Of a DNA stretch of 64,000 nucleotides, positions 29,473-37,526 are shown in pieces. The stretch covers positions 1 to 64,000 of the forward strand of contig CAYTYR010000011.1 of the NCBI GenBank assembly GCA_964441745.1, given 5' to 3'. The notes under the pieces are model-generated. The model did not search any database, was not told the DNA's origin, and worked only from the letters and a program-made list of their open reading frames with translations. Positions within the stretch are counted from its first letter, which is position 1; each line of letters starts with the position of its first letter. The stretch is from an uncultured Clostridia bacterium. Lineage in GTDB: Bacteria > CAYTYR01 > UBA6262. The position numbers and the translations under genes are program-made.

Positions 29473-30566
29473 TTGGATCTTCCTCTTTTACTGCTGCCAA
29501 CCAGGACAGATAATTTATTTTTAATCCCCGTGGCAAACCAATTAACTATTCCTCTTGTTTCTTCCCTAAAGTATTTCATGGCATTGTATTGCGAGGGATA
29601 ACCGACTAATTCCATAAAACCAACCCCCTTTACTTTTTTAGTGCCGAAATAACCGCACACTGTAAGCGGACCTTCCCAATAATTAATTGAACCGAATAGC
29701 ATTTCCTGGTTTTCAATTCTGGCAGTTATGTTCAGGTCTATGCTTTTTGCGGGTAGCCTGATGCCCCACGCCAAGGGATAAACTGCTTTGCTTTTTAGGC
29801 TTTTCCACTGGATTTTCGCCGGAATGATCTCCACACTCTGATAGTGTTCCTGCCGGCCATCTGGATAAGAAATATCGGCAAAATATGTTTTTTTCTTCCC
29901 GTCATCATAAGCGCAACACACTATTTCAGTATTATCGTCCAATTGTATGGAAAACCAATCCCATTTATCCCTGGAATAACCGGTATTGGCCCATTGGTGA
30001 TCCATCCATGACTTACCGGTAACGTTTATCCATCTATTTTTGATTTTTATTTGGCCTTCTGTTTTTAGGTTGGTTAAGGAATAGTAGTAGGTTGTCTTGG
30101 AATTAAGATCAAGAAAGCCTTTTCCCCCTTCTAATAAAGGTTTTTTAGTTGAAACAAGCTTTAGATCTGCGTTCTCATTTTTCACATGATACTCATCTTC
30201 ACCTATTTTTTCTATTACACAATTAGTATAGCTTTTTCTGATCTCCGGATTAATATAGTTTATATATAGCTGGGGCCTGGAAAAACTATCATCAGAAATT
30301 ATGGAAAGAGGAGATATCTTATGATAGAAAGCTTTATTCTTTATGTCTGAAATAAGAGAATGGGAGAAGTAAATTGTTTTAAGCGGTATTTTTGAGAAAA
30401 AAGGTATTTTCACTTTTTTTACATCTGCCCTAAAAAGACAATTCATAAACGCGTATTCATTGCCTCGTTCATCTTTTAAGTGCCCATTGAAATACCACCA
30501 TTCAATTATATGGTTATGAACCGATTCGTCATCCGGGAATCTTATTGGCCTGTATTCTTTATGCAT
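29469..30566 (-). CDS. AttH/CrtC-like lipocalin-domain protein
   Basis: FPDDE.VH..IIEWWYFNGHL, TYYYS, G.SWMDHQW, WDWFSIQL, YP..W, YWEGP, GFMELVGY. Confidence 0.85.
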   Translation of the reverse strand: MHKEYRPIRFPDDESVHNHIIEWWYFNGHLKDERGNEYAFMNCLFRADVKKVKIPFFSKIPLKTIYFSHSLISDIKNKAFYHKISPLSIISDDSFSRPQLYINYINPEIRKSYTNCVIEKIGEDEYHVKNENADLKLVSTKKPLLEGGKGFLDLNSKTTYYYSLTNLKTEGQIKIKNRWINVTGKSWMDHQWANTGYSRDKWDWFSIQLDDNTEIVCCAYDDGKKKTYFADISYPDGRQEHYQSVEIIPAKIQWKSLKSKAVYPLAWGIRLPAKSIDLNITARIENQEMLFGSINYWEGPLTVCGYFGTKKVKGVGFMELVGYPSQYNAMKYFREETRGIVNWFATGIKNKLSVLVGSSKRGRSK

Positions 30567-30570
30567 ACAT

Positions 30571-31575
30571 TCACCACCTTATTATAGACGCGCCCCAGGT
30601 TAATCCCGCCCCAAAACTAACCAAAACAACAATATCATTTTCTTTTATTCTCTTTTGCTGTATGGCTTCAGTTAAAGCTATGGGGATGGAGGCCGCCGAA
30701 GTATTGCCATATCTGTCTACATTGACAAATACTTTCTCCATTGGCAAGTTTAATTTTTTGGCCACGCACTCCAGGATACGAATATTGGCCTGGTGAGGAA
30801 TAAGTAAATCTATATCTTTTGTAGTTAAGCCGACTATTGACAATCCATTTATTATTGTTTCCACCATCGATTTGGTGGCAAACTTATATATTTCTTTGCC
30901 ATTCATTTTTAGGTAATGTAATCGTTGATCGACTGTGTCATGACTGGCCGGGAGACGGGAACCGCCGGCCGGTTGTTTTAATAACTCCGCTCCAGAACCA
31001 TCTGTCCCAAGTTGGGTATAAATAATTTCCTTCCCGTTTTCTGCCGCTTTCAAGACCATAGCGCCAGCGCCATCGCCAAACAATACACAGGTGTTTCTGT
31101 CCTGCCAATCAAGGATCCGTGAGAAAATTTCAGCTCCTATAACTAAAGCCGTCTTATAAGTTCCATTTTTTAAATATTGTTGAGCTACAGATAAAGCGTA
31201 AATAAAGCCTGAACAAGCTGCTCCGATATCAAAAGCAACCGCCCTGATAGCGCCAATGTTTTTTTGCACCAAGCAAGCGGTAGAGGGGAATAACCTATCA
31301 GGGGAAAGAGTGGCCACAATGATCAAATCTATTTCGACTGGATCAAGTCCGGCATTTTCCACTGCTTTACGCGCGGCCTTGACGGCCAGGTCTGAAGTGG
31401 CCTCCTCATCTGCAGCTATTCTCCTCTCCCTGATGCCGGTCCGGGTACGGATCCATTCGTCCGTAGTATCAACCATCTTTTCCAGGTCAAAATTAGTTAA
31501 TATTTTATCTGGTACATAAAAACCAGTTCCCGCTATTCCCACAGCTTTTAATTTTGTTTTCATTAGATCATCCAT
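30571..31575 (-). CDS. fabH: 3-oxoacyl-ACP synthase III
   Basis: AACSGF, LFGDGAGA, IPHQAN.RI, YGNTSAAS, FGAGLTWG. Confidence 0.95.
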   Translation of the reverse strand: MDDLMKTKLKAVGIAGTGFYVPDKILTNFDLEKMVDTTDEWIRTRTGIRERRIAADEEATSDLAVKAARKAVENAGLDPVEIDLIIVATLSPDRLFPSTACLVQKNIGAIRAVAFDIGAACSGFIYALSVAQQYLKNGTYKTALVIGAEIFSRILDWQDRNTCVLFGDGAGAMVLKAAENGKEIIYTQLGTDGSGAELLKQPAGGSRLPASHDTVDQRLHYLKMNGKEIYKFATKSMVETIINGLSIVGLTTKDIDLLIPHQANIRILECVAKKLNLPMEKVFVNVDRYGNTSAASIPIALTEAIQQKRIKENDIVVLVSFGAGLTWGASIIRW

Positions 31576-31807
31576 TTTCTTTTATTTGTTTTTCTATAGC
31601 TGCTATTATATTTTCTATGGTCCTGATTTTAACAGCTTCTTTACAGGGAATGTCAATATTGAACTTTTCCTCAATAGCTATTACGATTTCAGCTCTATCT
31701 AAGGAATCTGCGCCTAAATCCTCAGCTAAAGAAGCTCCCGGCCTGATCTTGCTTTCATCTACATCAATAACATCCAATATAGTTCTTTTTACTTCGTTAA
31801 ACAGCAT
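31568..31807 (-). CDS. acpP: Acyl carrier protein
   Basis: DLGADSLD phosphopantetheine Ser, IEEKFNIDIP. Confidence 0.92.
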   Translation of the reverse strand: MLFNEVKRTILDVIDVDESKIRPGASLAEDLGADSLDRAEIVIAIEEKFNIDIPCKEAVKIRTIENIIAAIEKQIKENG

Positions 31808-31869
31808 CTTAGTCCCTCTTATAAAAATAGACCAAAACAGTTATTTGGTCGGTCGCTAGGCAAAAAAAA

Positions 31870-32460
31870 TTACCTCTTGACTATGCCGTACAAGAGATAA
31901 TTGACCAGGTTGTTGGTCGTCTTTTCTATTTCGGAAAAATCTTTAGCTTTTACCCACTCATGTTCCAAACCCTTTAGAGCGACAACAAAGACCTTAGCCA
32001 GTGAATCTATGTTCTCAATCTCCGCAAACACTCCTTTCTCAACACCATCCTGCAGTATTGATTTTATCATCAATACTTCGCCTATATCATGATTCGCGCG
32101 GATCTTTTCTATAAAAGCATAATGCTCGAGATACTCATCCTTAATCGCGCTGTAGTAGTTTATTAACCTGTTAATCTCCTTCATTCTTACTAAAACATAA
32201 ACCCGCATTTTTTCCCGTGGATCATCGACCTTCTCAACAGCCCTGACGATCTCACTATTAAGAAATTTGGCTTCTCTTTCAACTATGATATTAAATATTT
32301 CTTCTTTGCTCTTGAAATAATGATATACGGAACTCTTAGCTTTGCGCGCAGCTTCGGCAATTTCATCCATTGTGGTCTTTTTAAAACCAAAACGGGAAAA
32401 AACATTCTGCGCTACCTTTATTATGGTTTCCTTGACATCGCCTTTTTGCAAATCTGACAT
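31870..32460 (-). CDS. TetR/AcrR family regulator
   Basis: F...GFKKTTMDEIA.AA..AKSSVYHYFKSKEEI. Confidence 0.93.
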   Translation of the reverse strand: MSDLQKGDVKETIIKVAQNVFSRFGFKKTTMDEIAEAARKAKSSVYHYFKSKEEIFNIIVEREAKFLNSEIVRAVEKVDDPREKMRVYVLVRMKEINRLINYYSAIKDEYLEHYAFIEKIRANHDIGEVLMIKSILQDGVEKGVFAEIENIDSLAKVFVVALKGLEHEWVKAKDFSEIEKTTNNLVNYLLYGIVKR

Positions 32461-32490
32461 AAAAGCCTCTTAAAAACCTCTTTGTACTTA

Positions 32491-32544
32491 CCGACCATAT
32501 TGGTCGGCTAATACAACAATAACATCCACCTAATATTTTGTCAA
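32491..32544 (-). promoter_or_regulatory. Sigma70 promoter with palindromic operator for the tetR-acp-fabH operon
   Basis: TTGACA (32539-44)-17-TATTGT (32516-21); palindrome CCGACCA-N3-TGGTCGG at 32491-32507; related half sites at 31830-31855. Confidence 0.65.
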
Positions 32545-32574
32545 GGCTTTTCTTTCCAAAAAATACTTTGCCAA

Positions 32575-33072
32575 CTAAAGATTCGCTCCCACTTTCTTTT
32601 TCACCGAATTCAGCATCTTTAAGATCGTCACATGCGATACACCGATCTGCTCCCCGACCTCCCGCACTGTAAGACCATCGGCATACAATTGTAATACCTG
32701 TTGTTCTTTTTCAGTCAAACCGCAGCGCTCCAGTAATTCACTGGTCTCAGCAGCTTCATACCCGCCATCATCCTCAGCCGGGATCAATTCTCCAAGAGTA
32801 TCCCCGTCTTCGCTCACCTGCTCGTCCAACCGGGCAAAAAAGGTATTATCATCCAATCCGCGCAAGTGGTTCTTGAGGTGGTAATATGCCCCCTGCAGAA
32901 CATAGCTGTCAGTCTTGCCTTCCAGCTTGCCGGCGCAGAACTCTTCCCACATATGCGCTAAAGCTTCCTGGTACAGGTCATCATGGTCCAGTACAGTATA
33001 TTTGCCATTCAATCTATATGCTATTCCCCTTAATTTAGGGGTCAACTTTTTAACTATCTTCTCGAATTTCAT
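32575..33072 (-). CDS. Sigma-70 family (ECF-like) RNA polymerase sigma factor
   Basis: Region 2 DDLYQEAL..MWE, region 4 LTEKEQQVLQL..DGLTVREVGEQIGVS. Confidence 0.75.
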   Translation of the reverse strand: MKFEKIVKKLTPKLRGIAYRLNGKYTVLDHDDLYQEALAHMWEEFCAGKLEGKTDSYVLQGAYYHLKNHLRGLDDNTFFARLDEQVSEDGDTLGELIPAEDDGGYEAAETSELLERCGLTEKEQQVLQLYADGLTVREVGEQIGVSHVTILKMLNSVKKKVGANL

Positions 33073-33082
33073 CTGCCCCTCC

Positions 33083-34762
33083 TTATCCTTTATACTTACT
33101 CGTTATCGGCATTCTCCTGTCCTTACCAAAGGACTTCGGCGTGATCCGTACTCCCGGCGCTGACTGCCGCCGTTTATACTCGCTCTTGTCCACCATCCCT
33201 ACTATTTTATCCACTAACTTCTGCTTGAACCCTTTCTTCACTATCTGGTTCACGCTCTTGTCTTCCTCAATGTATTCCTTCAGGATCGGGTCCAGCACCT
33301 TGTACTCAGGTAGAGTATCAGTGTCTTTCTGGTGCGGCCTTAGTTCCGCGGTAGGCGCTTTTTTCAGCACATTCACCGGTATCACAAAGCCCTTACGGTT
33401 CCGGTACTTGGCTAATTTATAGACCAGGGTTTTCGGGACGTCTTTGATCACCGCGAAACCTCCGGCCATATCCCCATACAGGGTGGCATAACCGGTACTC
33501 ATCTCTGATTTATTACCAGTCGCTAACACCAACCAGCCAAATTTGTTAGAAAGAGCCATCAGGATCGTGCCCCTGATGCGCGCTTGCAAATTCTCTTCCG
33601 CGATATTCTTGGCCTCAGCCGCGAACACCGGGTCCAAAATCACTAAATATATGTTATATAACTGCTCGATCGATATCGTCATTAGCTTAATGCCCAGCTT
33701 GTAGGCCAACTGCTTAGCATCTATTTCACTCGCTTTGGATGAATACCGTGATGGCATGAACACTCCTACCACGTTATCCTTGCCCAGGGCATCAGTCGCC
33801 AGGGTCGCTACCAGCGCCGAATCCACGCCGCCGCTCAATCCCAACACTACTTTCTTGAACCCATTCTTATTCACATAATCTTTCAATCCTAATAGCAGCG
33901 CCTGGTACACTTCTTCTACCGGCTCCAGCATTTTCACATGGCTCTTAGGCAAAGGCAGTCTTTCTTTGACTGATATTTCCTTATCGATCAGGACTGCATT
34001 CACTTTCTTGCCCCTGACTTCGGGGATTTCCAGATCAGTGACCAGCAGTTCCTCTTTAAAAGCTTTTGCCAGGGTCACCAGCCGGCCTTTCGGATCCACT
34101 ACAATGCTCTGGCCATCAAAAACCAGCTCATCCTGCCCGCCTACCAGGTTAGCATAGACTACATGCACATTATTCTCTTTCGCCTGGCTCTTCACTATCT
34201 TCTCTCTCACCTTGATCTTGCCTGTATAATATGGTGAAGCATTAATATTCAGTATCAGCTTAGCTCCGGCCTTGGCCTGCTTATGGGTCGGCCCAGTGGC
34301 ATGCCATATATCCTCACAGATGTTCAAGCCAAACAGTATCTTGCCAAATTGGTACACAGCTGATTGTTCACCTGAAGTAAAGTATCTCTTTTCATCAAAT
34401 GGCCCGAAATTGGGCAAGATCATCTTATGCGCTACGCCTTTGACTACCCCATTATAGATAATAGCCGCGGCATTATAGAGATTACGGCCTTTTTGGTCCA
34501 CAAAGCCCACGATAGCCAGGATATTGTCCACACCCTTGGCCAATTCCTTCAAAGCAGCCAGGTTATCCTGGACAAATTGCGGCTTGAGCAGCAAATCCTC
34601 AGGGGGATACCCAGTCAGCACCAGTTCAGGGAATACCACCATATCCGCGCCAAATTCCTTGGCCTTCAGTATGGTTTGGCTAATCTTCTTGGCATTGCCC
34701 TGAAGATCCCCAACAGTACTATTAACTTGTGCTATTGCGATTCTAAGCTTGCCGTCTTCCAC
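33083..34762 (-). CDS. nadE: Glutamine-dependent NAD+ synthetase
   Basis: Nitrilase domain FPEL..TGYPPEDL, EKRYF, ICEDIW; synthetase domain GLSGGVDS, ENLQARIRG, TGNKSE..GYATLYGD, SEYKRRQ. Confidence 0.96.
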   Translation of the reverse strand: MEDGKLRIAIAQVNSTVGDLQGNAKKISQTILKAKEFGADMVVFPELVLTGYPPEDLLLKPQFVQDNLAALKELAKGVDNILAIVGFVDQKGRNLYNAAAIIYNGVVKGVAHKMILPNFGPFDEKRYFTSGEQSAVYQFGKILFGLNICEDIWHATGPTHKQAKAGAKLILNINASPYYTGKIKVREKIVKSQAKENNVHVVYANLVGGQDELVFDGQSIVVDPKGRLVTLAKAFKEELLVTDLEIPEVRGKKVNAVLIDKEISVKERLPLPKSHVKMLEPVEEVYQALLLGLKDYVNKNGFKKVVLGLSGGVDSALVATLATDALGKDNVVGVFMPSRYSSKASEIDAKQLAYKLGIKLMTISIEQLYNIYLVILDPVFAAEAKNIAEENLQARIRGTILMALSNKFGWLVLATGNKSEMSTGYATLYGDMAGGFAVIKDVPKTLVYKLAKYRNRKGFVIPVNVLKKAPTAELRPHQKDTDTLPEYKVLDPILKEYIEEDKSVNQIVKKGFKQKLVDKIVGMVDKSEYKRRQSAPGVRITPKSFGKDRRMPITSKYKG

Positions 34763-34833
34763 TTTACACCTCTACACCTTTAGACCTTTACACCTGTTTC
34801 AACTATTATACCACATTTTTGTCCCGTAAAATC

Positions 34834-34953
34834 AAAAAACGTCCCTTACCCACCAATTGGGTTGAGGACGTTTCTTTGTCCATAAATGAAAATCTTCCAG
34901 CAACTTTGCCGGAAGACATCTTTGTCTTACCAACTTCTATGTAATTATCTTAC
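34834..34953 (-). ncRNA. Putative ~120-nt leader/sRNA with three AAAG-loop hairpins and a terminator
   Basis: Promoter TTGACA (34983-88)-17-TATACT (34960-65); hairpins at 34913-28, 34893-34916 and 34866-81; terminator 34834-34873. Confidence 0.5.
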
Positions 34954-35027
34954 AAAATAAGTATACAACAAGGGAGGCGGATTGTCAAGGGGAAAATAGT
35001 ATGTGCTATCTTATGTTTTTATACTAG

Positions 35028-35672
35028 CTAAATTAATCTGTTGAGCATATCTACTGTTAAAGAACTCCAAAGATAGGGCTTTGGGAATAAATCTGGCTTT
35101 TTGCTAGCAATTAGAGATAATCGCTTATCATTAGTAACTAAATGGACCTCTCTCCCATGTGTTCTTTTTAGCTCAATTCCCATAGCAATAATTAAAATGT
35201 CAAAAGAACTTAAATAATACTTCCCAACCCTATCTCTTGGATTACGCTTAAACAGTTTCTCCTCCACTGTCTCATAGTCACTACCAGGAGGTAAACCTGT
35301 TATAGTATATTCAGTTTGCTCAGTATGCTCTATTTCTACTATATCATCACAATTTATATTATGATATCTATTTAAATCATAACTATAAAAGATTTTCCTA
35401 TTTGAGATTTGATTACAAAATGTGCGAACACAAGTTGCAAATTGACCCGAACAGCTAAATTTATTTTCACGATAATGCCATTTTGCATATGTATTTTTTA
35501 CTTCTGCTATACAAAAAGATGGCACATATAGTATAGCTTTATTCTTAAACTTTTGAGCTAATAAAGTAGCACAAATTTCCTTGGAATGATTGCTTTCATA
35601 TTCAGAATCGTATGTTATTGAAGGACGGTTAAACTCTACTAGGACAGAAGTATCAAGCAGATAAGTAATCAT
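35028..35672 (-). CDS. PIN-domain protein (putative toxin/RNase)
   Basis: YLLDTSVL, AEV, SFDILIIA, LVTNDKRL acidic PIN motifs. Confidence 0.8.
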   Translation of the reverse strand: MITYLLDTSVLVEFNRPSITYDSEYESNHSKEICATLLAQKFKNKAILYVPSFCIAEVKNTYAKWHYRENKFSCSGQFATCVRTFCNQISNRKIFYSYDLNRYHNINCDDIVEIEHTEQTEYTITGLPPGSDYETVEEKLFKRNPRDRVGKYYLSSFDILIIAMGIELKRTHGREVHLVTNDKRLSLIASKKPDLFPKPYLWSSLTVDMLNRLI

Positions 35673-35675
35673 AAG

Positions 35676-35861
35676 CTATAGAACCTTTTTACTTTTTTGA
35701 TCGATTATTTCCTCCCACATTTCTTTACATTTGCTCATCTCTTTTAATGTATCCCGATCCTCTGAAGAAAGCTTATAATATGCCCCATTCATTTTTCGTA
35801 TGACTAATTTCTCAAGAGTTATAACTTTTTTAGTTCTTTTTGCTTTAAAACATTTCTTCAT
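35676..35861 (-). CDS. Small hypothetical protein, possible antitoxin of the PIN gene
   Basis: 61 aa, 3 bp upstream of the PIN gene, RBS GGGAG. Confidence 0.5.
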   Translation of the reverse strand: MKKCFKAKRTKKVITLEKLVIRKMNGAYYKLSSEDRDTLKEMSKCKEMWEEIIDQKSKKVL

Positions 35862-36108
35862 ATATCCTTCTCCCTATTAAAATTAAATTATTAATAAATA
35901 TCTTAACTACATCTGCTTCTCAATTACCCATACTAAGTAAATAGTACTAAAGATTCATTTGGGCAATCGTTTTTATGATATGTATGTTTTAATAGTAGAA
36001 GCTAAAAGGCCAAAAATATCCAATACAATTGCTTTTTTTTTACATTAACATATCAAACTAATTGTGTCAAGAGACAATATTAAAATAGCCTAAAAATGAA
36101 GATCAATA

Positions 36109-36771
36109 TTATATTTTTAATAAAATCAATCGTTTATAAATATTGAATGTTTGTTTTAAATTATTGTTCACGCTATCTAATATTACAGTCTTTTCTTCTT
36201 TGTATTTAGAATAGTTCTTATTTAAGAAACGTTGGTGCTTTATTACAAGTTTTTCATAATATATTCTAACTTTCGGATGAGTGGATAATTTAAATTCTCT
36301 AAAGAAAGAATGTCTTGAATCAAAAATATCATTTGATATTAATTTATTTTTGAACAAAAAACTTTCGATAGCTTCAAGAACAGCTATAGTATTAAATAAA
36401 AACTTTACAAGCATCCGAGCTAGTTTTTTATCCCCAGTCTTATATAGACTTGGTAAAACTGCATACATTTGGGTTGTTAATTCAAGCATTGGCTGAGTTA
36501 AGTCCGGTAAGGATTTTAAAGATATATTAATAGATGCCGCTGAATGGGTCTCAACAACAGTGTCAACGAGTTTTTCAATTTCCTCTAAATATTTAATATT
36601 GCAATCCTTCTTCCTCTTATATCTTTCCAGCCTTAAAGTTACAAAGACTCCTATATATGCACCTATTAATCCTGTTATAATAGGAGCAAGGTACATAGAA
36701 TAAACAAGAAAAAAGTCTTTTATATTATATTGTTGTACAGAAGTTATTGTATTTGTTGATACATTAATCAT
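36109..36771 (-). CDS. Hypothetical protein with N-terminal TM helix
   Basis: 220-aa ORF, AGGAG RBS, AT-rich. Confidence 0.6.
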   Translation of the reverse strand: MINVSTNTITSVQQYNIKDFFLVYSMYLAPIITGLIGAYIGVFVTLRLERYKRKKDCNIKYLEEIEKLVDTVVETHSAASINISLKSLPDLTQPMLELTTQMYAVLPSLYKTGDKKLARMLVKFLFNTIAVLEAIESFLFKNKLISNDIFDSRHSFFREFKLSTHPKVRIYYEKLVIKHQRFLNKNYSKYKEEKTVILDSVNNNLKQTFNIYKRLILLKI

Positions 36772-36848
36772 ACTTATCTCCTTTTAAATTAATAGAAAGT
36801 ACCCTTGGGACACAATTACTCATTTCCAATTGAATTACTCATCCCTAT

Positions 36849-37421
36849 TTATTTTAAATAATCATTAAGTTCTTGCATAAGCACAATCAGATCGCCCGGA
36901 TTGATGCCAACCTCAAGTAAAGTCTTACCATTGTCGGCGCTCTTGAGCTTAAGATTCTTCCACTGTATATCTCCACGATCATCGAGTTTTTTAAATACAC
37001 CTCCGTGAGCGGATGCATTCCTAATTGACTTACTGAAGCGCACCAATGAATCGTTATGCCTCGCTTCGGCCAAATCTTCTACACTGTCATAGAATTGGAC
37101 AAATAAAGCCTGAGCGGACAATTTATGCACTCGCCCAGTTTGATGAATTACCTTTTCAGGTAAAATCTTCGGAATGGGGATTATTTCATACGCAACTTTG
37201 TCTACCCATTCTCCCTTAGACACGGCGTTCATAATGGCTTCTGTTTCGAATACTATAGTGTAGCCAGCTGTTTGTGCCATGAATCCAACACGGTCACCAG
37301 CCCCAAAGCGCACAACAGATCCCTTTTGTTGTGCTTCAAGTGCCATCGTCACACCTGTATAATTGCACAAGAATGCAACAAGAGCGTCAAAGAATCTATG
37401 TTTGCTCTTAACGAATTCCAC
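36849..37421 (-). CDS. Hypothetical protein (RNASAH, RxxxxH HEPN-like motif)
   Basis: GTG start after AAGGAG; IRNASAHG. Confidence 0.55.
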   Translation of the reverse strand: MEFVKSKHRFFDALVAFLCNYTGVTMALEAQQKGSVVRFGAGDRVGFMAQTAGYTIVFETEAIMNAVSKGEWVDKVAYEIIPIPKILPEKVIHQTGRVHKLSAQALFVQFYDSVEDLAEARHNDSLVRFSKSIRNASAHGGVFKKLDDRGDIQWKNLKLKSADNGKTLLEVGINPGDLIVLMQELNDYLK

Positions 37422-37526
37422 AGTTGCAGCTTCTCCTTATTAATTGATATTCTTTATATTAAGAAAACACAAAAAGCAATCCGGTCTTCCAGGATTGTTT
37501 TGATTATTATTCCCCCATGAGACGCC

